From positions 1 through 64,000 of IMG/VR virus record IMGVR_UViG_3300007735_000791: a stretch of 64,000 bases of DNA, one strand, 5' to 3'. Made by a program: the position numbers and the translations under genes. The stretch is from a virus. The notes beneath the pieces were generated by a model. It did not search any database and had not been told where the DNA came from. It saw nothing but the letters and a program-made list of their open reading frames with translations. Below are positions 48,226-55,333 of this stretch, piece by piece (positions within the stretch are counted from its first letter, which is position 1; every line of letters begins with the position of its first letter).

Positions 48226-48713
48226 TGGCAGCAAATACTTTTACATCTTGGAATAGCCCTGCAGAACCACCTGGAGTAGGTACATCTGTTTCATTTGGAA
48301 ACGCTCCAGTATTCCGCAGCAACAAAGACAAAATGCTTTCTGGTTACAGGAACACTCCAGACGCACAGTATCCAGATGGATACCTAGGAACAATGTCGTC
48401 CAACAGAAGGCAAGACAAAGTTCTTGGAACATTGAGCAGAATGAATGCTCGTCAATACTCTCGTGGTGTGCATAAAGGAGAACGAATTAACGCAGGAGAT
48501 TATCTGTGGCCTGACGAGTTCAACAAATGGACTGCACTACAACTTCAAGAACAGGGTCTTAAGTTTGCACCTCCAGGTGCTGAGCCAGTTCGCTTGATGC
48601 GTGATGGTAACTATGCTCCTCGCGGAATTCCACGTGACCAAGAAAAACCAGAAACTTACAATAACCCAGAACGTCGTGCAAAATTAAAAGTTCTTGCACC
48701 AGCATGGAGGTAA
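48225..48713 (+). CDS. Hypothetical protein
   Basis: Coupled GTG start; YPDGYLGT, RGVHKGERI. Confidence 0.65.
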   Translation: MAANTFTSWNSPAEPPGVGTSVSFGNAPVFRSNKDKMLSGYRNTPDAQYPDGYLGTMSSNRRQDKVLGTLSRMNARQYSRGVHKGERINAGDYLWPDEFNKWTALQLQEQGLKFAPPGAEPVRLMRDGNYAPRGIPRDQEKPETYNNPERRAKLKVLAPAWR

Positions 48714-48715
48714 CT

Positions 48716-49024
48716 ATGCAAGCCAAAATTTATAACCTTGACGAATACCGAGCAAGGAAAACTTCTACAATTAAAAAAGATAAAGGAGTAGATACGTCTA
48801 CTCACCCTTCTCGTAGAGTAGACCGTCAAAGCAGGTTAGATAAAGTAATTAATAAAATTGGGGACTCCGTAGGTTTTCCAAGAACTTCTGTGCTGTTTAC
48901 AGATTCGGAAGATGAGATTAGTCAAGACACTGACCCTACACCCCCGCAAGGCATTAAAAGACCTGTAGAAATGTACGACCAAGAAAAAGACGAACCTCAG
49001 TTTTACGACCAAGACAAAGATTAA
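48716..49024 (+). CDS. Charged disordered protein with DTSTHPSRR motif
   Basis: GGAGG RBS at 48706. Confidence 0.65.
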   Translation: MQAKIYNLDEYRARKTSTIKKDKGVDTSTHPSRRVDRQSRLDKVINKIGDSVGFPRTSVLFTDSEDEISQDTDPTPPQGIKRPVEMYDQEKDEPQFYDQDKD

Positions 49025-49027
49025 GTA

Positions 49028-50338
49028 ATGCCTGGTAGAAACGAACCACCAAGCAATCTTGGGGATATGCGTGGCGCTCAAGCACGCCGTAATACACCAA
49101 GAAGAAGTTCTGAATTTTTAAAAAACATTGATGCTGTGTTAAGAGAAGTAGACGACAGTCAAGCCGTTCGTGAAGCAAAAAAAGCAAAAAACACAGCAGA
49201 GATAGAAAAGATATTTCCAGGTGTTGAAGAAGATGAAAAAACACTTTCTGGAATGTACGAACCAGCACTTCACAATTATCCTTTTGATGAAGATGTTGTT
49301 AGACCTAGACGACCAGACTTTATTGATTACATTTCTCCAAGCGATGAGTTAACTCTCAACCAAGCGCAAAGAATGTTTCCAGCATCAAAACAACACGTGC
49401 AACAAGGAACTGGTCCAAGAAGTGCAATGGGTACGTCAGAAAGACGTTATCACCAATTTGAAGAAAGTGACCTTGACCCAGATACGCGCACTGATTTTGG
49501 CACGGATAGAGACGAGCGAGACTATATAGGTTTTCAACAAGAAGGACCATCTAACTACCCTGTAGATTCACCTGCATATTGGTACCAATTAGATAGTCGC
49601 TCTCATAATCCTGAAGTTAGGCGTGCTGCAGCCACTTTTACTGACCGTGAACAGAGGGCTAGTGCAAGACAATTTTACAACAGAAACGCTTCTAGAGCCG
49701 CCGCTTCTATTTTGGGAACTTCTAGAAGAAGTCGCACCTCTGAAGTAGGTCCAGTTACAAACACACCCACTGCTGCAGAATTAATGGCTCAAGGAAACCC
49801 AGCACGCGCTGGTGGTCGTAGTGGTGGCAGGCACAATTTTGCAGGTATTGCATCACCGCCTTATTCCCTAGGAAGATTGCCAAGCGATTTAAATCCAAGA
49901 CGTCGTAATGTTGAAACTGACTATACTGTTTTTTCATATAGCACACCTATTGCTTGGAGAACAACTCAAGGTCATTGGGAAGTTCCACGAGTTAATTATT
50001 CTAGAACTACTCAAAGACACCAAAGTGCTATTAGAAGAGCATTGAGTAACTCATATCATTCTCCACTTCAAGAAGCAAGTTATAGAGTTTCTGATTTGCG
50101 ACAACAACATTTAGAACAAGGCATACGTCTTCCTTCAAAAAATTATCAACTTAATATAAGTTTTGAAACATTTCATCCCGAACCACCGTCGGAAGATACA
50201 ATTAATAGAATTGTAGAAGACCATGTTCAACAAGTTATAAATCCAGCCATTGAACGATATCGTCGTAGACCAAGTGTTCAAAGGCGGCAAGGTCAAGCAA
50301 ACCAACCTCAACTACCTTTAGAAGGAGGCAATGAATAA
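49028..50338 (+). CDS. Arg-rich protein with a SYSTPIA...YSRTTQRHQ domain
   Basis: 436-aa ORF, mostly low complexity; ends QPQLPLEGGNE. Confidence 0.7.
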   Translation: MPGRNEPPSNLGDMRGAQARRNTPRRSSEFLKNIDAVLREVDDSQAVREAKKAKNTAEIEKIFPGVEEDEKTLSGMYEPALHNYPFDEDVVRPRRPDFIDYISPSDELTLNQAQRMFPASKQHVQQGTGPRSAMGTSERRYHQFEESDLDPDTRTDFGTDRDERDYIGFQQEGPSNYPVDSPAYWYQLDSRSHNPEVRRAAATFTDREQRASARQFYNRNASRAAASILGTSRRSRTSEVGPVTNTPTAAELMAQGNPARAGGRSGGRHNFAGIASPPYSLGRLPSDLNPRRRNVETDYTVFSYSTPIAWRTTQGHWEVPRVNYSRTTQRHQSAIRRALSNSYHSPLQEASYRVSDLRQQHLEQGIRLPSKNYQLNISFETFHPEPPSEDTINRIVEDHVQQVINPAIERYRRRPSVQRRQGQANQPQLPLEGGNE

Positions 50339-50639
50339 TATGGCATCTAAACCTTGGGCTTCCAGACAAGAAATGTTGGTTGACATCGCTCTGGAATCAG
50401 CAGTTTCAGACCCAGAAACCATTCGCCAGATTAGACCAGTAGTTCCTCAACAACTTATGCCAGAGCGTAACGGGTTTGCTAAACGTGAATCAGGTATAAT
50501 GGACGTGTTGTCGTTACAACGTTACAATCCGACGTACCGTTCTTGGGTTTCAGGAGCGCCAGTCATGTTTCGTAATGGTTTTATTGATGACAGTTTTGAA
50601 GGTTCTAGTCGTTATTCAATGCAAAGTCTGTGGGTATAA
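50331..50639 (+). CDS. Hypothetical protein
   Basis: GGAGG RBS. Confidence 0.65.
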   Translation: MNNMASKPWASRQEMLVDIALESAVSDPETIRQIRPVVPQQLMPERNGFAKRESGIMDVLSLQRYNPTYRSWVSGAPVMFRNGFIDDSFEGSSRYSMQSLWV

Positions 50640-51659
50640 ATGCCAGTTAATCCATTTCAAACGGTGGCAGAAATGTCATGGGGCGATTACAAAACCAAGA
50701 AGTCTGGCTATGTTCAGTCACCACAAGCACAGTCTAGCCTTGCAGGTCAAGGTCACAGAAGCAAAGGATGGGCGCCAGGAGCACCTGAAGCCACATTAGA
50801 AGCACCGAGAGCAGGAGGCAAAATGCCTATGGGTAATGCAAATATTGGTCGTCCAGATTATGGAAGTCAACAACCACAACAAAGGCAAAGTCGTAGGGCG
50901 TCCTTTGGTGGAATGGGCGCAGGCGCAACTAAAGGCGGCGGCAGTGGAATGACTGCTGGTGGTGACATCAAGTTTGATTTGAGCATTGGTAAAACCGATT
51001 ACCGTGGTGCAGATATGCAAGGTGCTCGTATTGGAGCATCAGGAATGGGTGCTAAAACTTCAGACAGTAACCTTGGAGACATTGACCAATCACAAGGATA
51101 CACTCCAACTACCACTGGTCCTAAGGCTGGCTCATCACGTGGTGGTGCTGGTGCTGCTGGTAAAGGTGGCTCTGGAGGAGCAAAGGCTGGTGCAGGTTCA
51201 GGACCAGGAGGTGCTGGAGGCGCAGGTCGCGGAGGCGCAGGCGGTAATTCTGCCCGTGGTGGAGATACAGGAGATATGACTACTAGCATGGATGGTCAAA
51301 AAATGGGTAGCCCAGTTTTAAACATTGGTAGAAACCGAATTGACAGCGACAATATTAGTCGTAGAAGTAATACCCGCACCACTAAAACAGACGTTAGTGC
51401 ATCTGGTTCAGCCACAGCAAGCGCTGATACCAAAACTGATGCTCGTAAAACCGTTCCAACGAAGACTAAAAAAGAAAAAACTACTGCGGAACCTACTAAT
51501 GCTTCTGCACCAAAAGAAGACCCAAAAGAAGACCCAAAAGCAGAGTCAGTAGGAAAAGAAACAGTTAAAACAAAAGCAAAAAAGGCTGTTTCTAAAGCCA
51601 CAAAAACACCTCCAGTAGCATTAACTAAAAATACTAAAAAGAAAGGTGCTAAAAAATAA
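50640..51659 (+). CDS. Intrinsically disordered Gly-rich protein with Lys-rich tail
   Basis: GGAG repeats; K/T/A-rich C-terminus. Confidence 0.7.
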   Translation: MPVNPFQTVAEMSWGDYKTKKSGYVQSPQAQSSLAGQGHRSKGWAPGAPEATLEAPRAGGKMPMGNANIGRPDYGSQQPQQRQSRRASFGGMGAGATKGGGSGMTAGGDIKFDLSIGKTDYRGADMQGARIGASGMGAKTSDSNLGDIDQSQGYTPTTTGPKAGSSRGGAGAAGKGGSGGAKAGAGSGPGGAGGAGRGGAGGNSARGGDTGDMTTSMDGQKMGSPVLNIGRNRIDSDNISRRSNTRTTKTDVSASGSATASADTKTDARKTVPTKTKKEKTTAEPTNASAPKEDPKEDPKAESVGKETVKTKAKKAVSKATKTPPVALTKNTKKKGAKK

Positions 51660-52015
51660 TGGCAACTGACCATCGCGGAAATCCGATTAACGAAAATAAT
51701 CGTGCCAAAACTAATAAAGACCGTATGGGGTTATCTGATGAACAGATAGAAAATCCAGACGGAACATTTAGGCAACTTAGTAAGCGCGACCTTGCAGAGG
51801 GCTGGGAAGAAGGTTCAATGACATACCCAGATGGTACAACGGTTTATCCAGAACCTTACGAAGAAATAGACGACGACGAAGACCCTGAACAAATAAGGCG
51901 GGCAGAACAATACGCCCAAGAAATGTACGATTATCATAGAATGATGCAAACTCCAGACAGGGTATATGGCAAAGACGAAATGATTGAACACGATAGAGAC
52001 GACGACAAATACTAA
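51659..52015 (+). CDS. Acidic hypothetical protein
   Basis: TAATG coupling; D/E-rich. Confidence 0.65.
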   Translation: MATDHRGNPINENNRAKTNKDRMGLSDEQIENPDGTFRQLSKRDLAEGWEEGSMTYPDGTTVYPEPYEEIDDDEDPEQIRRAEQYAQEMYDYHRMMQTPDRVYGKDEMIEHDRDDDKY

Positions 52016-52052
52016 GATATACTTTAGTAACAACTGATATACAGGAGAAACT

Positions 52053-52262
52053 ATGGCAGTAAACGAATCCCGTTCAATGAACCGAGATTTAGTGCTTGGT
52101 GCTACAGACGGTAAATTTAAAAGCCTTACACCAAGTCGTGGTGGAGAAGTAGACCCAACATCTCCAGCAGTACGAGCACATGAACTTCAACTTCAATACA
52201 ACGTGGTTGACCGTTCTGAAATTGCTGACATGCCTGCAGCCCAATGGGGTCGCCGCAATTAA
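52053..52262 (+). CDS. Hypothetical protein
   Basis: TATACT at 52018 and an AGGAG RBS. Confidence 0.65.
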   Translation: MAVNESRSMNRDLVLGATDGKFKSLTPSRGGEVDPTSPAVRAHELQLQYNVVDRSEIADMPAAQWGRRN

Positions 52263-52264
52263 TA

Positions 52265-52465
52265 ATGGCTGACGGAGAAGATACTAGGTATCATCCAAAA
52301 AGAAGAATTGTTCGTATCATTAGAGACCCGTTTGAAGAGCAAAGACAATATAGCAGTCAATCAAAGTCTTACGGTCCAGTTAGAAGTAGTTCTGAAGAAC
52401 GGCGACGAGAAATAGATGCCGCTTACCTATATAATCAATACTTTGATGGAGAAAGTGATAACTAA
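52265..52465 (+). CDS. Small protein with N-terminal EDTRYHPKRR motif
   Basis: ATG 2 nt after the previous stop; TAATG coupling to the next gene. Confidence 0.65.
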   Translation: MADGEDTRYHPKRRIVRIIRDPFEEQRQYSSQSKSYGPVRSSSEERRREIDAAYLYNQYFDGESDN

Positions 52466-52650
52466 TGGCTAGAGGAAAACCAGAAGAATTTAATCCAAAG
52501 CGACGTCCTCGTAAACCTACGGACCCCATTCCAGACGATGAACTTATGGATGAGGTAAAAAAAGCATTTCCAGGGTCAACTGAAATTGAAGATGAACCTA
52601 AAACCCCACCACTTGAAGATTGGGGAATGGATTGGAACGAAGATGACTAA
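52465..52650 (+). CDS. Small protein with N-terminal EEFNPKRR motif
   Basis: Coupled start; acidic C-terminus. Confidence 0.65.
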   Translation: MARGKPEEFNPKRRPRKPTDPIPDDELMDEVKKAFPGSTEIEDEPKTPPLEDWGMDWNEDD

Positions 52651-52810
52651 GAAAAAAGAAAAAAAAGTTTGGGATAAAAAGAATCCTAAAAAGAAATCAG
52701 AGAAACTTGATTCGTCTGAAAAGGCTGAGGCAAAAGCCCGTGCTAAAAAAGCAGGACGTCCATACCCCAACCTTGTAGACAACATGGCAGTAGCAAAGAA
52801 GAAAGGTTAA
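52643..52810 (+). CDS. Small Lys-rich protein
   Basis: MTKKKEKKVW...AKKAGRPYPNLVDNM. Confidence 0.65.
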   Translation: MTKKKEKKVWDKKNPKKKSEKLDSSEKAEAKARAKKAGRPYPNLVDNMAVAKKKG

Positions 52811-52812
52811 TT

Positions 52813-52929
52813 ATGAAAGATAAAAAGAAATTATCGCCAAAACAAAAAAAGATTGCATCAGCATCTGCTCCTCACGACAAGATTACTGGTGAAGACTTTA
52901 AGGCTCTTAAAAAGAAAAAGAAAAAATAG
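52813..52929 (+). CDS. 38-aa Lys-rich protein (not in ORF track)
   Basis: MKDKKKLSPKQKKIASASAPHDKITGEDFKALKKKKKK*. Confidence 0.65.
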   Translation: MKDKKKLSPKQKKIASASAPHDKITGEDFKALKKKKKK

Positions 52930-53051
52930 TGGTTAAGAAGTTAACTGCTGCTGAAAAATACTCTCAATTAAAAAGTCAAACAGAAGACGCTGGTATGAGT
53001 GTAAAAGAAAAAAACCGTAAAATTGTTGTAACTAAGAAAAAGAAAAAATAA
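52929..53051 (+). CDS. 40-aa Lys-rich protein (not in ORF track)
   Basis: TAGTG and TAATG overlaps; MVKKLTAAEKYSQLK...TKKKKK*. Confidence 0.6.
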   Translation: MVKKLTAAEKYSQLKSQTEDAGMSVKEKNRKIVVTKKKKK

Positions 53052-53320
53052 TGGCTAAATCACCTGCTTGGCAACGCAAAGAAGGAAAGAACCCAGAGGG
53101 TGGATTAAATGCCAAAGGTCGTGCTTCTGCCAAAAAAGAAGGGCACAACCTCAAACCACCAGTGTCTAAAGAACAAGCCAAGAAGTCTCCTAAATCGGCT
53201 GCTCGTCGCAAATCGTTCTGTGCAAGAATGGAAGGTATGAAAAAGAAGAATACCTCTGCCAAGACAGCCCGTGACCCAGACAGTCGTATCAATAAATCAT
53301 TGCGTAAATGGGACTGTTGA
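53051..53320 (+). CDS. Basic phage protein (DUF6321-like)
   Basis: AWQRKEGKNP.GGLN.KGR, RRKSFCARM, SRINKSLRKWDC; family name from memory. Confidence 0.65.
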   Translation: MAKSPAWQRKEGKNPEGGLNAKGRASAKKEGHNLKPPVSKEQAKKSPKSAARRKSFCARMEGMKKKNTSAKTARDPDSRINKSLRKWDC

Positions 53321-53341
53321 TTTCTACATTTACACATAGTC

Positions 53342-53710
53342 ATGCCTAAACCTAATGGACCACAGTTTCAACCAATCATATTAAAAAATCAGTTTGGTAG
53401 AGAGCGTACTTTTAAAGCGCTATACCATGGCACTGTTAATCCTATTCCAGAAAACGAAAACATTATTCCAGCATCTCACCGCCATCCTGAAGGCATAGGG
53501 CGTAAAACCGCCGTTGCTACGCCATCATTATCAGTAGCAAAAAGGTTTGCAGGACATCCCGAAGGTTATGTATATAGAGTTGAACCTTTGGATAGAGATG
53601 ATATGAACTCAACTTGGTATCAACCAATTCGCTATTGGCGAAAAGGGGCTATTGAAGTTCCATCAAATAAAGGTTTTCGGATTATTGAGCAAATTCATCC
53701 TAAATCTTGA
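53342..53710 (+). CDS. Arr-like ADP-ribosyltransferase fold protein
   Basis: LYHGT, AVATPS..VA..FA, GYVYRVEP. Confidence 0.65.
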   Translation: MPKPNGPQFQPIILKNQFGRERTFKALYHGTVNPIPENENIIPASHRHPEGIGRKTAVATPSLSVAKRFAGHPEGYVYRVEPLDRDDMNSTWYQPIRYWRKGAIEVPSNKGFRIIEQIHPKS

Positions 53711-53777
53711 AATACTATAACGTATTATTCATAACAAACATGGGACTGTTAAAATAGTATAAAATATACTAAACACT

Positions 53778-54071
53778 ATGGCTAATGACGATACTTCTAA
53801 AGACAGCAGAAGGAGACCTCAACGACCTCGTGTCGGTGGAGTATACGAATGGAATCCAACTGGACTAGATGCTTTTGATTCTAAAATTAAACGTGAAAAA
53901 GGGTCATTAGTTCGTGTAGCAAAAGGCAGTAAAGCAGGCGTAAAGGGAAGGTTGCCTCATCCTTTTACATATTTAGAAGACCCTAATACTGGAGAGTTTC
54001 TGGGCATGGCTTTAGACGACAGCCTACAATTACGTAAATATATGCAAACAGAGGAAACTCCAACAGAATAA
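53778..54071 (+). CDS. Small protein with N-terminal DDTSKDSRRR; probably leaderless
   Basis: TATACT at 53765-53770, 7 nt before the ATG; no SD. Confidence 0.65.
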   Translation: MANDDTSKDSRRRPQRPRVGGVYEWNPTGLDAFDSKIKREKGSLVRVAKGSKAGVKGRLPHPFTYLEDPNTGEFLGMALDDSLQLRKYMQTEETPTE

Positions 54072-54104
54072 CGTATACTGACAGCGTAACGTTTGGAGCA
54101 CAAT

Positions 54105-54587
54105 ATGTCAGAACCCATGAATCGTTTGTTAGTTTGTTGGCGCCTTGTTAATGGTAGAAAAACAGATGGGGTCATGTACAAAATGACACCATACGATGGT
54201 CCTCCAGAATACGACATGGAACTTTTGGATATCTTGGAACGCCATAAGGCTCGTCATCAAGACTACGAAAATTGGCGTGCTTTAATTTTTAGAACAGACA
54301 AAGACACGGCAAGCAAACTTGACGCTGAGACAGCCATCAAGAATGAGTTGAAGGCTCACGATATCTTTATCAAAGATTTTCGTGATGAATTGAAAGTTGA
54401 TGCTTTAAAGTGCTTTAACAAACACAACAGACCAAGCAAAGGCTGTCCTGATTGGTGTGATGAGTCTAAGACAATAGGAAGAAAAGTTGGTGTCCCTGTT
54501 GATAAACGACAGTATCTTTGTATGTATTGCCCAGCAGCCGAATACCCAACATACAAAGAACGGTTAAAACTGGGACTATACAAATAA
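54105..54587 (+). CDS. Cys/His-containing hypothetical protein
   Basis: GGAG RBS; C..H...C...C..CP. Confidence 0.65.
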   Translation: MSEPMNRLLVCWRLVNGRKTDGVMYKMTPYDGPPEYDMELLDILERHKARHQDYENWRALIFRTDKDTASKLDAETAIKNELKAHDIFIKDFRDELKVDALKCFNKHNRPSKGCPDWCDESKTIGRKVGVPVDKRQYLCMYCPAAEYPTYKERLKLGLYK

Positions 54588-55064
54588 ATGATTATTGTAA
54601 CGTTTGACGTTATTGCAAACAGGGCTAAAGAAGTCGGCTCAAGTCAACCAAACAACTATGGTAGAAGACTGTGGTCAATGCTTTTTGGGACTTACAATGG
54701 TCGTATTTGTTTGATTGTTGACGGTGTAGAAACCCATCAACATCAGTTGATTATAGAGTGGTTAAAAAAAGAAAATTACAAACCAGGTTCTATTGATTTT
54801 CATTGGGAAAGCGGTCCTGACAATCGCCTTGAAAGGGTTCGCGCTTTGCACGCCGTACACAGCAAGATTGATTGGTATGTAGATACTGACCCCACTACCG
54901 TATCCAAAGTAATTGCAGAAGGTATTCCAACACTGTTAGTCACTGTTCCATTTATTGTTCGTCCTGAATGGGAAGAACAACGTACTATAGTAGGATGGAA
55001 CGAATTAACGGATAAGATTGAAGCACAAGCACTTAAAAAAGCAGAAAGGACATGGAAAGAATAA
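54588..55064 (+). CDS. Degenerate HAD-like protein
   Basis: IIVTFDVI at the N-terminus, WYVDTDP, GIPTLLV. Confidence 0.45.
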   Translation: MIIVTFDVIANRAKEVGSSQPNNYGRRLWSMLFGTYNGRICLIVDGVETHQHQLIIEWLKKENYKPGSIDFHWESGPDNRLERVRALHAVHSKIDWYVDTDPTTVSKVIAEGIPTLLVTVPFIVRPEWEEQRTIVGWNELTDKIEAQALKKAERTWKE

Positions 55065-55333
55065 TGACAACTACACTGCGAGATGAGATATCAAACGGTT
55101 TTGAAGGAATGGGTGAAACCGTTCTATTGATGGACGGGTTTGAAGAAGCCTTTATTGGATACTGCCAACGCATCAACGAACCAGTATTGGCTGTTTACTC
55201 TTGGGAAAAAATGGTAGAAGTTTGCATGACACGAGATGGTATGACAGACATAGAAGCAATGGAGTACATTGATTACAATTGTCTTGGCGCGTGGGTTGGA
55301 GAACAAACTCCAATTATTGTGATGCCATTGTGA
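55064..55333 (+). CDS. Conserved-looking phage hypothetical protein
   Basis: DGFEEAFIG...AVYS...EAMEYIDYN..GAWVGE.TP. Confidence 0.65.
   Translation: MTTTLRDEISNGFEGMGETVLLMDGFEEAFIGYCQRINEPVLAVYSWEKMVEVCMTRDGMTDIEAMEYIDYNCLGAWVGEQTPIIVMPL

Noticed and set aside
53342-53710. Rifampicin resistance gene
   Set aside because: Only fold-level motifs match Arr; substrate specificity cannot be inferred.
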